Positions 50,695-63,752 of a stretch of DNA of 64,000 nucleotides are shown here, piece after piece (the first letter of the stretch is position 1; each line of letters starts with the position of its first letter). The translations under genes were made by a program, and so were the position numbers. The notes beneath the pieces are model-generated. The model had not been told where the DNA came from. It ran no database searches and worked only from the letters and a program-made list of their open reading frames with translations. The DNA comes from Camelus ferus (taxonomy: Eukaryota), in contig NC_045696.1 of assembly GCF_009834535.1 (NCBI RefSeq), forward strand, positions 44,332,001-44,396,000. The letters are read 5' to 3'.

Positions 50695-51128
50695 GAGTAG
50701 GGGATGCTGTGGTTTACCACCCAGATTTGCCTTCCACAACCAAGGCCCTCACTCCTTTAGCTGCTGGGAGTGTTGGCTGCTCAGAGATCACATCTGAGAC
50801 ATCTTTAGGAATTGCCCTTAGAGGAAGGGGGCTGTCCCAGCCAGGGGTTACCTTCTTCTCAGGAACATCCCACATCAAAGGACTGGTCTACGCAGAGGCT
50901 TGGCACCCTTGCCTCAGTTTGAGACATCTCTGAGCATTCACAAACTCTAGAACTCAGCCTGAGATTGGCTAAGGCCTTTGGTGCAATTGCACAATTCAAG
51001 TTGTCTCTCCGCAGAATCCTGCTTTTCTCATTCCTCCCAGGAGCTGCTCCCAGCAGCGTTCTCCAATAAATATTCTGCATGCAAATTCTCACCTCAGAGT
51101 TTGTTTCCCAGGGAACCAGTCTATGGCC
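50695..51128 (+). mobile_element. ERVL solo LTR (LTR16C/E-like)
   Basis: 'ggatgctgtgg..ccacccagat', 'agctgctgggagtgttggctgct', 'ctccaataaatattctgcatgcaaattctcacctcagagtttgtttcccagggaacc'. Confidence 0.85.
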
Positions 51129-51374
51129 CATAGCTGGACCAATTTAACACTTGTTTAGTTGCCAATTTCAGAAAATTATAAATATTCTAAAGTGTCTGAA
51201 TTTTTAATCATATTTTGAAGATCAGGGTGTTAAAGAAAATAATAAAGTGAGGAACTTGAATTCCTAATCAATTATTCCTTAGCATTAAACTAAGAATTGT
51301 AAGTTTTCTTATCGTTGAAAGTTGAAAGTCAAAGACTAGTTTCAGAACCAAATCACTTGTATCAGACAAAGAAG

Positions 51375-51815
51375 TATTAAGTCTCCACCATATGCCCACA
51401 TAATGCAAGGAACTAAGAATGTTAAGACAAATACGACCCAGCCCTGGCATCGAGGAACAGATATTTAATCAATTATTTGCAGTAAAGTGCGGCAATGAAG
51501 CAATAGAGATACTACAGATAGAGAAATGAGGCAAAGGAAGAATTTTGGTTAATCCATGGAATCCTCATATAGGAGAAGGTATTTGAGGTGTGACTGCAAA
51601 AATTAGTAAAGAGTTCATGGGGCAGAAAAGGAAAGGTAAGAAAAGTAATTCAGGCAACTATAAGATGTAAAAAAAGCACAGAGGCAGCAAGAAGGACATT
51701 GTTTGAGGAAACTCAAGTAATTCAAGATGGCTGGCATGGAGGGAAGGTGTGGCAAGAGAGAGAATGAGGTCGGCTGGACTATGAAGATTCTCTGCCAAAC
51801 TAAGAGATTCATGGG
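51375..51815 (-). mobile_element. L2 fragment
   Basis: 'ggagaaggtatttgag', 'aaagcacagaggca', 'tgtttgaggaa..caagtaattcaagatggctgg'. Confidence 0.65.
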
Positions 51816-52115
51816 AACTCAGGGAAGGTCAAGGAGGCCGAATGAAGCTTATGTCCTACAAACTAGAAACGGTTTGTACACTGGAGGACCCCACATGGTC
51901 CCACTCTGTTTCAACCCCATTGCCACAATGACTGAGGCTCTGGCTCCCGAGGTGCATCCTGCACTCTCTTCAGTTATTGACAGAGATGCTTAGATCTTTC
52001 ATTCTCTGAAATTCCCAGTCCCCTTGTTCAAGATGAGAAACTGGTTATAAAGGAAAAAAAGACATGAAATAACACAAACAAAAGATCTGCTCTTGAAGGT
52101 TCACTGTCTTTTCTC

Positions 52116-52300
52116 ACAGATATACAGATCAAAAGAGTGGTTACCAGGGGTAGGGGGGTGTGAGGTACCAACTACTGGGTGTAAGATAGACTCAAGGATG
52201 TGTTGTACAACACGGAGAAGATAGCCAATATTTTGTAATACCTGTAAATGGAAAGTAACCTTTAAAATTGTACTAAAATAAAAAATTAAATAAAGAAAAA
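52116..52300 (+). mobile_element. Short L1 3' tip (artiodactyl-type)
   Basis: 'gtggttaccagggg...aactactgggtgtaagatagactcaaggatgtgttgtacaacacgg..atagccaatattttgtaata..tgtaaatggaaagtaacctttaaaattgta' plus an A-rich tail. Confidence 0.85.
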
Positions 52301-55300
52301 AGGATTCATACAAAAGAAATTCACTTATTCTCTGCAATAATATGATAAAGTCTGACTTTGGGAAAAAGCATTCTGGGAATTGCCGAGAAAGGGAAAGGGT
52401 ATCAAAGGGAAGCAAGAGTAGGGAGAGGACAAGTTAAGATATTCTCATACAAATGTGAGATCATGGGAGTTGTGACAGTTGTGATTGAGAAGCAGATACA
52501 GAAATAGAAGGAAGTACAAATACCAGGAAGTGGTGACTAAATTCCCCTTGATGCAAGTCTCCTCTCTGTTGATATATATCCCCTACAGTGTCTGGTGGTC
52601 TGTAGCCGAGTCTTGCTACCAGATATATCCCAAGGAATCACCCCATATTAAAATCTATGTATTCCGCAGTCAGGTCTTTAGGAACCTGCTTGTTACTCTA
52701 GTAAATTAGTTTATTATAGACTTAATCATTTCATGTTCAATAGCTCCCATAGGTATCTATAGTTTAACCAGAGTCTTAATGGATATGTAATGTCTTAACA
52801 CTGGGGAATGAACAACTAATGATGAAACTGCAGGCTAAGGTTAAATCTTCCTATGCTTAAGGCCAGTCCCATTTCCCACATATATATCGCTTTCCCATTA
52901 AAAAAAAATGGAGTATAACTTGGCGCATGAAAAAACCTAACCATACGCAAACTAAATTTTCCTATATGGTGAGTTAAAAAACTTCTTTATTGACATAATT
53001 ATGCATATTTTACCAGCACCACCCTTAGAAGTATTGAAAAAGAAATCAAACATCACTGTGCTATAAACCATAGACGAAAGGAAGATAGCTTACACTTGGA
53101 AGAAAAGAAAAAATTTCACAACATCCAAATTTATATTTAAAATTTTAAAAGAATATTAGGATCCTTACATTCCAACTTTTGACATTTATGGAAAAATCAA
53201 CTTATGCCACAAAAATAAAGTAACATGCCCCATGATTAAGTTACTTGCTCACATTAATTCAAGTCACATGTATTCCATATTTCAATTCATTGATTTTTTT
53301 CCCAATAGTTAATCCATAAAAATCCAGCACAATTATACTATATTCCAGAGGAATGTAAACATATAATGGTGGCTTGATTGGGATTACAAAAGCTAGTTTT
53401 AGTCATTTTTCTATTCCACTTTATTAGGGTGTTTTAAAAAATTCTCCATTAACCCATTCAGCCCCACTTTTATGAAACAAGAATATGCATTTCATCTTCT
53501 CCAGATTTCTCCCTAAATCGTGTTTCTTATCAAAATTGCTCCCTCTGAGTAGCCCGAGTGGTCCCCGCCATGGCTTCAACTCTTACCACAGAGATGTTTG
53601 TTCCTCCAGTTCTGGGAATAGCTCTTCAGAAAAAGGTCACTTTGAGGGCTCAGGCTTCAAATCCCTCTTGGTAGAAGCAGAGTATAAATAGATTTGACTC
53701 AATAATACTGAGATTTTTAGACTCAAAAAATATCTCTAGCAATTCTGTTTACTGAGAGACATCAAGACCACAATTTCAAAAGTTCTCAAAGTGGAGGCTC
53801 TCAAAAGACAAGTGGAGGAGGCAGACGGAGGCAGGCCTGCAAAGAGCTCTATCCTCGGACCCTAACCGCATGGAACATTTTCATGGAAATAAATGAGAAA
53901 AGATGGTGATATGTGCTCAAACCCATTCTTCAGAGTATATATATGTATATGTATGTACAGCCCTTGTTAAAAACTACAGGGCTGACATCAAAAATTAACT
54001 GTAACAAACATACAGACTACCAGAGAGAAATGTGATGAAGATTAGCAGAGGGGAACAAAGAATAATTAGCAAGAAAAAATGATGCATTAGCAAGAGACGT
54101 CAGAGTCACACCAAATCTTCTATTTAATGATCTAAGATTAATAATATTTGCAAGATTTTATTGCAAAATTAAAATACATTGTAAACTTTATCATAGAGTT
54201 TACAGAAGTAATATCTGATTGACCAACAAATTTTGAAATTGTTATTCTTGAGTTACATATAAAATGCTATCATTGCCTTTAAATGACAAGATTCAGGTTC
54301 AAAATCAGGCTCACTGAAGGAGAGTTATGAGTTATGCCTTTTTTATGGATGTAAGTGATATATCTGTGCTAAGTGAATTACCAAGTATCTCAGAGCAGAA
54401 GGAAAATCCCAAGGACTCTATTACAAATCTGCAGTTATAATAGGATTAGCACTAGATAGCACCATTGATATTTTTATATATCTATATTTTATATATGATA
54501 TCAATATAATTTTATAGCACATAAAAGGTTACAATAATTAAATCAGTGGAAATATTAACAGAAATTACATTTTAAGTATTAGACATATTTATTAAAGCAT
54601 ATTTAATCATTTATTACTATAATTAAAGTATAAAATAAGAAGAATTTCCTTTTTATGGAATGCTAGTTAACATCTATTAACTTAATGAGCTGATACTGAG
54701 TAAATCTGTAGACAAAAAGTATGTGAAACATATGATTTGTTTTATCACTATATCAGAAAATCTAATAATGAGGTTTGGGTTTGCTGACAGAGGAAGGAGA
54801 AGGGAAGGCCATCACGTAAATCACAAAGGACCTAAAATGATAGAGTAATTTTTAATTGAGAAAAAGAGAGTTCAGAGTTGATCACAGTGTTTAGTGTGTA
54901 TCTGTCAATTAGCACTGTGAGAAATATACATGGCTTACTGTAACCTGGAATGGGAATATTCTCATGGTCTTTGTTACACTCTCAGATGTTTTAGTACTGA
55001 TTCTAATATATTGGTTAACTTAATCAACATATACAGACATTTTATTCAATTCTTATGAACAGTTTTAGTCAAAAGTTTAAAATATGAAGCTATCCAGTTT
55101 GAGTCAGACAATAGGGTTAAGCTATTTTTCTTTAATGCAATAAAGTTAAAAATATAATAGAAACCATTGGCAATTTTTTAAAAGAAAAATCTTATGTAAA
55201 TCTTTTCATGATTATTGATTATTCAATGATCAAATAGCATCAATTAGCAAGCAACAAAAAGATATGTGTGAAAAAATAGATGGAAATGTTTAGATGTTAA

Positions 55301-58300
55301 TGATTTGGCCTATATTCCATCACAAGACAGGAATGTAAGAGGTGGGTAAAACAATTAGTTTTACCATTAAACAATGACACAGACAACAGTTATGCAAAAC
55401 GGAATGGTGGCAATTACATGCTCTGTTCTTTTAATGTCCTGCTACCAAACCCAGTATCATTTTCCTTAAAGTAGACATATTATTTTCCTCAAGTGTTGTA
55501 TTTCCCCACACCTGTAAAATAACTGGCTATTAATGGGAGGTGGGCTGTGTGTTCATACCTCTGTGTGTGAGAGACAGAGACAGAGAGAGACAGAGAGGGA
55601 GACAAACAGAGACACATAAATACAAATAGAGAAAGCTAATCCCACCCAAGCTGTTACGCAGTTGTTAAAAGAATATACACGCCAAATAGAAACTAGGGAA
55701 CAGTATTAGGAACTCACGTCAAAAGGGGATCTAAAAAAGACCTAGCAGATGTTTGGAAATGCTTTTTTTCTAGAGATAGTCCAGGAGGAAAACAAAAAGG
55801 AATATAAAAGTTCCTTTTAGCTTAGCAAAAATTTCTATGAGGTCGTCAGAAATAAGATAGACTTCAACAACATCAACAACAACAACAACAAAAAAGAGGG
55901 GCAAGAAACTCAGTTTTGGTAAAATGGCTGAGGCTGATAAGCTATGACGTGACAGAATATGACACATCACGGTCCAGCTAAAAGAGAGCGAAAGTTCTTT
56001 CTAGTTAGTTCAGAATCTCTGCCTCATGACAATGCTACACACCCAGACAGACCTATCAGGAGAAGGGAACATGTGCTCAAGTGCAGGAACAATTTAAATA
56101 ATGTTTAGACACACTCTTTAAATAGTATGATAGGCAATTAAGAATTGTATGAAAGGTGTTGCAATTGAAGTTTAAAGAAAGTTTCAAATGTCCCAAGAGA
56201 GCAACTAAAAGCAACTCATGAAGTAAAGGAAGAACATGAGGAAAATAAAGAGGAAGACAAAGGTAAAAAATAAATAAAATCGTGTAAAATAATAGACACC
56301 AATCTCTCTCTATGTGAATATCTTTGGAGAAACACCACAAATGAAGCACTTTAGTTTTGAGATTTGTCTATTGGCCTCATTAAATGTACTTTCAAAATTG
56401 GATTATGATTGCATTATAGTTGCTAAAGATGCTTTAGATTGTGTGCTTAGAGAACATAAAACAGCCATGCTTCATGAATATTTTGCATATCATTCTGAAC
56501 ACTTAAAAAATCCAAAAGATGTTCTGCTTTCCTCATTCTGCGCACTTTGCTCTGGGTAAACATGACACTTTAAATGTTGTGCAATTTAAAAAAAAAGTCT
56601 CAGATATCCTAGACAGTAAATTCTCTCATGCGATTTTTAAAAGCTACAAAATTGATGGAAACATATTTAGAATTTTAATAAATTTAAAAAAGGAAAATTA
56701 ACTTGATGTTTTTAGCTTTCATAGGGTAACACTGCCATTTGAACGAATTAGATGTAATTATGCTGTAGTGTGCATTCATTAATTGTAGAGTCATTATTCT
56801 GTATACAGAGAATTAGAATTTTATTTTCATTCTTAGTTTTGGAAAAGGTTTCATCTGGCATGATAATTTATTTTATTTAGTTAGTTAAGTGCAGTTTTAT
56901 AACCAAAATGATAGACTTACTTTAGCAAATGAAGAGCCAATTTAGCTATTAAAATTTCTATTAAAAATCTGCATTTAAAACAATGCATATGTACAATGTG
57001 TCAACTTTGTATGATTAAGAATGCTCAAGTGTTACATATCAGTGTATTTTTATGGTCAATATAAGAGCCTGAGAGGCAAAGTACAAAGGAAAATAAATCA
57101 GTGGCTTAAGTTTTTAAGATGTAAAAGATAAATGTCTATGAAGATTGTTGGGATGGGGTAGTGAAATCATAGGTGACTTGTCTATTTTTCTTTTTCCTAA
57201 GCTTTTCTTTATTATAATAATAGCGTTTATGCAAATGTTAAAGAAAAACAAATTTAAAAAAATGATATGTTTTAACCCATTACAAGTAGCTCCAAACTTA
57301 AGACCTAAGTGTTAATTTAGACGGTAGATGTAATAGCAGCTCAGACAACTTCAGGAAATTCAAGTAGCCGGTAAGTGGTTGGTTGAAGATTACCATTGTG
57401 ATTGATTTTTACTCAGTAAATATGATTTTTGTTTAGCATTCAAGAAACAGAGTGATTTTCATTCCTTGCTGTAGCATATGTATGTCCTGCTCTTTTTTTC
57501 TCTAAAGTATTATCATAAAACATATGCTTTTGGACAACCGAGCTTAACATCACCTTCCTTTCTGATTGTGAAAGAAAACTATGAAGGAGGTCACTCCTGA
57601 CTGCCACCCACACTGGAGTGTTGAAAGTATTTCACTATGTACCAAATAAGCCCAGCAGGAAAGAAAGAAGATCTTGTCCTCACTGTGTATCCTTGGACAT
57701 TTCTGACAAATAGAAAAAAACCTGAATACCAGCAGAGTGTGTTTCCACAAACTGGCTACATACAAACATTTCTGCTCTGGAACAAAGCTATACCCTCCTG
57801 AAGCGTCTACTCTTGCCAGTTCCTTTGTTCAACTGCAATTTGTTACTGAGAAAATATTATCCCTGTAATTCTACCTCAGTCAGTGAATCCTCAAACACTC
57901 TGTCTTAGAGGTGCAGGCTGTTAAAAGTTAAACCATCTGTCTTTTCAGAATAGCTTTTGTAATCCCTTTATGGGTCAGAAATAAATACTTTTTTCTCATT
58001 TGTACCATTGTTTCTTGTTCACTGACTCTCAGAAGTGGACACTTTGCTCATTGGCCCCTTCAGGCATCAATTTAATCTTTACCCTTAGTTATTCTTCCTT
58101 ACTCGTAGGGTGCAAGCATCTATTTCACTTGTACTTTCTAAGTAAGTTATAATAATACCCATAGGGGAGCTGCATAGTTTCAATTATTAATAATAATGTC
58201 CTGAGTGAGAAGGAATTTACTTTTTGAAGTTAGATTATTTATGTTCTCAGTTGCTACCCACACATTTTTGGGTTTGGGGGCATGTTTTATTTTTTTTTTT

Positions 58301-59379
58301 CCTCAGGAAAAAAAGTTGTTGAGCTTAAATTGTCCAAAATGTAGAGCTCAGCAGTTTTAGATGTCATATTTAACACTCATAATTCAAAGATGAAAAACAT
58401 TTATCTCTCCACAAAACAAAGCAGTCTTCTTCCCAAAGCGTATTTCATCAGATATGAATGTGCTCATAATCCAGTAATCCTTATCAAAACCACATTGGCT
58501 TCATGTCAGTGACTATTCTGTTCATCTCTTCCTTCCCCCTCTTTTATGATTTGCCCTTTCAAAGAAAAAAAAAAGAAAGAAAGAAGTGCACAGCTTACAG
58601 CTGATGTTCTCTGTCTGCTGTGAACTTTTTAACTAACAAAGCAAACAGAGTTCCTGGAACAGCTCCTCAGACCACTCTTCACCTCAGGCCAAGCCCAGGG
58701 AGTGTTTCCTCAGCAAGGAGGCAGCCACTCCCTCCCCTGGGAAGCTCCAAGCTAAAGACATGAATAAACGGAAGGCACTTCCATCTCTTGAGACAACAAA
58801 CACCAGTGACTATTTACTTAGTGACTGGTTCTCTTTCACCTCTCACTCTGTGTTCCCTATAAAGTAAGAAAGTCACTGTGGTTTCACAGATCCTAATCTG
58901 CAGTGACAAAGATATGCATTGTGACCAGATGTAACTGGTCCAAGAGTAACAGAAGAGTCAAGTGAGTTGTCAGTTAATGTAAGACTGTGGTGGCTCTGTG
59001 AGTGAGGTCCACGTATTCATGGAACCCTTGGACTCTGGACACAAAGTACTTCCTTTATCAAGATGTTGGTGCCTGAAAGAGTGACACATGTGGTGTCTGT
59101 CTAACGAGAGACAGTGTTTCTTTATACGTAAAGAGTGTCCTTCCCATATAAAATTTAACTTGGACATAGCTTGAACAGAGACCAAGAGAGGCCAGGGATT
59201 TTGTTAGATGAGAGGAAGTGAGGCAAAGGAAAATAAAGCATAGAACACATGTACAAACAAAAATAATAAAGAGAATGGCAAAAATACATGATCCAACGCA
59301 TTAAATGAGTTATTTACGGTATATCACAGAATTTCAACTAATTGGTGAAACATTCACTATTTTAGAAATAAATATCATT

Positions 59380-59810
59380 TATTTTTCCACCATAGCCTAC
59401 AAGATAAAAATCAAAATATATCCCTTGATAATACTGTATAAGGCTTTTCAGTTATCTCCGCTCATTCTATATTTTCTAATCCCACCACACTGTTACAGTC
59501 ATATCAAATGATTAATCTCAAAATAAATCATTCATTTCAAAATATTGTTCCTTTTGTCTAGAATTCTTTGTCACTCACCTCCTCACACCTTTTTTATTTC
59601 CCATAAACAGTATGAACTGTACTTAAATGCTCCTTCCAACACAAGTTCCTTTTAATATTTCTCTTCCAACATATCCTACATACCTTTATTACAGTCCTTG
59701 CCACATTGTCAAGAGACTGTTGACATGTCTGTGATATTACCTAATCTGTGTCAGGTAGGGATCATATTGTGTTCACTTTAGTATTTGTAATATTATACAT
59801 CATACTGAAA
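59380..59810 (+). mobile_element. Decayed L2 3' region
   Basis: 'ccatagcctacaagataaaaatcaaaa', 'tgtctagaattc', 'ggtagggatcatattgtgttcacttt'. Confidence 0.5.
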
Positions 59811-60467
59811 AACCAATTTTTGACATTTCTAAGTGATAAAAATGATTGAAGAATATACAGTTGTATACTTCTCTCACAGTTCAAGTTTCTCAGTAAGAAC
59901 TTTTCTAAATATATTATTTTATATTCAAAAGCTCATTGGTAAAGGAACCCGTCTTAAAGTTTTATTCTGATTAAAACAATTATACTGCCAAGAGTATTTC
60001 TTAATATCAACTCATGTTTCTGACATAATTGTCAAGCCCCAAATTATTCAAATGTACACATTTTTCTATTGGTGATCATAGCAAATTTTATTCCTTAGGA
60101 AAAATTACTGTATATATCACTTAGTTTTTAAATTAGATATTATGGAGACACTGAAGTGTTTTGGAAGTCATTAATAAACCACTTATGAAATGATCATGCA
60201 TTAGAAATATTGGTGCTGTAGTTAATTCAACAGTGCATACTTGTCTCACTTTGTCCGATATACCAAATAGGTATGTTCTTTTTATCAGATGAAAATAAAC
60301 AGATGTGAAAACTTATGTCCACAAAAAAACCTGCACCTATATGTTTACAACAGCTTTATTCATAGTTCTATAAAACTGTAAACAATGAAGATGTCTTTCA
60401 ATAAGTGAATAGATAAATTGTGGTACATTTATAACATGGGATAGATTCAGTGATAAAAAGCAATGAG

Positions 60468-60603
60468 GGGGAGAGTATAGCTCAGTGGTAGAGTGCATGC
60501 TTAGCATGCAAGAGGTCCTAGGTCCGATCTCAAGTACTGGTAAATAAATAAATAAATAAATAAAAATAAATCTAATTGTCTCCCCCCCAAAAAATAAAAA
60601 TTT
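60468..60603 (+). mobile_element. tRNA-derived camelid SINE (Vic-1-like)
   Basis: ggggagagtatagctcagtggtagagtgcatgcttagcatgcaagaggtcctaggtccgatc, then (taaa)n, 'ctaattgtctcccccc' and an A tail. TSD aaaaagcaat(gag). Confidence 0.92.
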
Positions 60604-60613
60604 AAAAAGCAAT

Positions 60614-60724
60614 ATGACAATGAATGTATGCATGTTCATATGTAACTGAAAAACTGTGCTCTACACTAGAATTTGACACAAATCGTAAAATGACTATAAC
60701 TCAATAAAAAATGTTTATATTAAA
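60614..60724 (+). mobile_element. Very short camelid-type L1 3' tip
   Basis: Homologous to 6275-6375 ('tgacaatgaa...atgttcat.t.ta.ctgaaaaa.tgtgct.tac....gaatttgacacaa...gtaaaatga.tataa.tcaataaaaaatg'). TSD aaaaagcaat. Confidence 0.9.
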
Positions 60725-63650
60725 AAAAAGCAATGAGATATCAAGTCACACCCTGATGAATAAATTTTAAAAGCATATTGCTAAAATAAAGAAGCCAGTC
60801 TGAAAAGGCTACATACTACATGATTGCACTTATATGACCTCCTAGAAAAGGCAAGATTTTAGCGGTAATAAATAGAGCAGTGATTTTCAGGAAACTGGAG
60901 GAGTACTTAACAGAATTTTTTAATGACCTGTAACTATTGTGAATGGTACTATAATGGTAGATATATGACACTGTGTCTTGTTAAAACCCAAAAAACTTTA
61001 CAGCAAAAAATGTAAATCTTAATATACACAAAGTTAAAAAAAAATCTTTTGGGAGGTCTGGAGACTTTTCAGGATCGGCATGCAGAATGTGACAGAAGAA
61101 TCAAACTATACTACATATGTATGAGACAACCTCACTGGAAGGGGTAGAAAAAAGATGTTGACTTAAGTAACTATGGAAATCAGCGGAATCTGTAAGACTA
61201 AAGACAAGGGAACTGCACACAAGTACTACTACACTCTGGTAGAGAGAGTTGTTTCCCATGGGAGTACAGGTTAATTTTAAACAAGTATACATATCTACTG
61301 TAAATGAACAATTAAGTAAATGAATAGTCAATGATGGAGGCCAGGCTTCTCACTGTTAGAGTAGGAGGTTACAAATAAGGAAGAGAAACCTAGAATGATC
61401 CATGTGGCAATGAAAGAGACTCAGAAGCATCAGCATGAACTCGTGTTTACCATTTAATATGATAAAGGTAGTTACACTGAGAAATATTTAAAGATATATG
61501 TATAAATATGTGGGTTGGTATATACACACATATGTCATTGCTCTGTCAGCTGAGGGGGCCTAGAATGAACGACACTCCAGTAACAGTGAGCATACCTTGT
61601 GCTTAGGCCTTGGTTTCTAATAGTGTTCTCCAATGAAATAAACTATTGCTCCTTGGAGAAATAACTGATTTTAGGATTGGGGCAGGAAATATATAAGTTG
61701 AGGCAGGAACATCTTGTATTGCCAGAAGATAAGAAAGCACTAAAAGAAAAAAAAAGGAAGAAAGAATAAAGGAAGGAAGGAAGGAAAGAAGAAAGAAAAT
61801 AAGAAAAGAGAGGAAAAGTAAAGAAAACTACAATGCATGTTAAAGGGAGCCACCTCAAAGAGCTCCCAATGTCTAACACTAGAGCAATTTAAGCAACAAC
61901 ATGGTGTATTAGATTATAATCTAAAGTATAAAATAAATTTCCAAGAATCCATACCAATGTAAGTGATTAAATAAACAAATAAAGGGAGAAAATAAACAAA
62001 GTTCATAAGCAGAAAAAGTTCCAAAAAATTATATACACGTATTTCACCCAAAAGGAGGTAGAGAACTCTTCCTACCCTAAATGTGGGCTACACGTGGAGA
62101 CTTCCTTCCTAAGAGTGAAAAACGAGGGAAAGTAACTATATCCAGTTGACCAAAGTTAAAATTAATAGAAAGAAGTCATGTAGATTGTATAGGATGTGAT
62201 GAGAATGGCATTTTAAGTTTGTGATTTTTCTCCCCAAAACACAGAACCCCACTATAATCATAAGGGGAAAAAATAAGACAAATCCCAATTGAGGGACATT
62301 TTGCAAAACAATTCTTGAGCACTGCTCACAAACAAGATTATCAAAAACAAGAGAAGTCTGATAAAATGGCATAGCTGAAAGAGACCTAAGGAGACAAGAT
62401 AATTAAATGTAATATGGTACCCAGGAAGGGATCCTGGAACAGAGAAAAGACAAAGGGTTACAACAAGGGAGTGTGGTATTTAGCTCATAATAATGTATCA
62501 ATATTGAAAAAAAAATACTCAGAAGAATCTTTTCTTGTTAACCTTGAACTTTCTCATTCTCTTTTTCTAGAGTTCTCTATCTTCTCTGTCTTTGTCTCTC
62601 TTACACATGCACAAATACACACAAACACAAAGAGCATACACACACTAGTGACTCACATAATACCCTGAAACTGACACACTGTGGCACTGGAACTGTCTGT
62701 TTACCTTCAGTAACTCCATACTTAGATAACTTCAAAGAAAACACAACCAAGAAGAGCACTGTGTTTATCTAACATCTTATGCCATGAAAAAGATCACCTC
62801 TAAACCACTGCAATTCCAAATGTTTGAATCCTAACTAAAAGACTCAAAATGATCAAAGTTGTTTTCATTTTTTCCATATATTGTATTTTTACGAGTCTTT
62901 TTAAGTGATTGAGACTCTGTATGATTTTTAAAAATATGTACAGCATTCAGAAATAAATGTCCTGATAGTCTCACCCTTCACAGAAGTACATTTGAATATT
63001 TACTACACTATTCTTTCCAAATCTGTCCATCCCCTTAGAAGATGACTATTTACACATAACTATATCATCTTAATGCATGGAAGAAAGGTTACTAGAAAAA
63101 ACATTAAAGACACCATATCTTTGGTGTCTTCAACCAAAAAGTTTAGGCCAACAATCCAGCTAGTGGATAATGAGCATAGCCTAAGCCTCCAGTTTCTGCA
63201 GAAGCTTAATTCTTTGAGACTTGTCTGTTATTATCTAATGTGTTCACTTCAGAAGAACTCAGTGCAATGGACAGAGTAAGCAGGTCGAGACCATGTGTTT
63301 GTATTGAAGCTCAGCTAATGTGAGTTGCAAAACTATCGATTGTAGCTTTGAGAGGCTAGTAAATTCAGTATGTCACTACTAAGGAAGAAACACAACTGAG
63401 GTTGTATAAAATTAAGCTCTGGCTCAAATTTTCTAAAAACTAGGCTAAAATATTATCTATCAAATTGTGGCACCATTTAATTTGGTGCTGAGCCTCCATT
63501 ACAGTAGAGCAAATGAAACTCACAATAGTTTAATATATCTAAATTCTATTCAAGTGACCCAGAAAAATTAAATAATTCAATTAATTGCTCAATAATACAA
63601 GAGGCATCCTACAAATCTGTCATTAGCTAAGGATTTTTAAGACCAAATTA

Positions 63651-63652
<2 letters not shown>

Positions 63653-63690
<38 letters not shown>

Positions 63691-63752
63691 TATGTATGTG
63701 TGTGTGTGAGAGAGAGAGAGCAGGAAAGAGAGAGAGAGGAAGAGAGAGAGAG
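63653..63752. repeat. Compound (AC)n-(TG)n-(GA)n microsatellite
   Basis: (AC)18 at 63653-63688, directly followed by imperfect TG and then GA repeats. Confidence 0.96.

Larger units (their letters stand above)
60290..62515 (+). mobile_element. L1MC3-like long 3' UTR, interrupted by a SINE and a young L1 tip
   Basis: 'aaaacttatgtccacaaaaaaacctgcac', 'aagaagccagtctgaaaaggctacatact', 'ctctgtcagctgagggggcctagaa', 'ctccttggagaaataactgattttagga', 'cccaattgagggacatt'. Confidence 0.88.

Noticed and set aside
48932..52800. Shared short words ctgtagccgag and atgtcttaaca at about 48.93 kb and 52.6-52.8 kb
   Set aside because: The spacing differs greatly and there is no extended alignment; consistent with chance.
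56314..56559. 81 aa ORF ending near a possible donor site
   Set aside because: No family similarity recognised, non-ATG start and weak splice signals.
60468..60540. tRNA gene (A/B boxes)
   Set aside because: This is a SINE head with a (taaa)n/A tail and TSD, present in three diverged copies; the acceptor stem is not intact.
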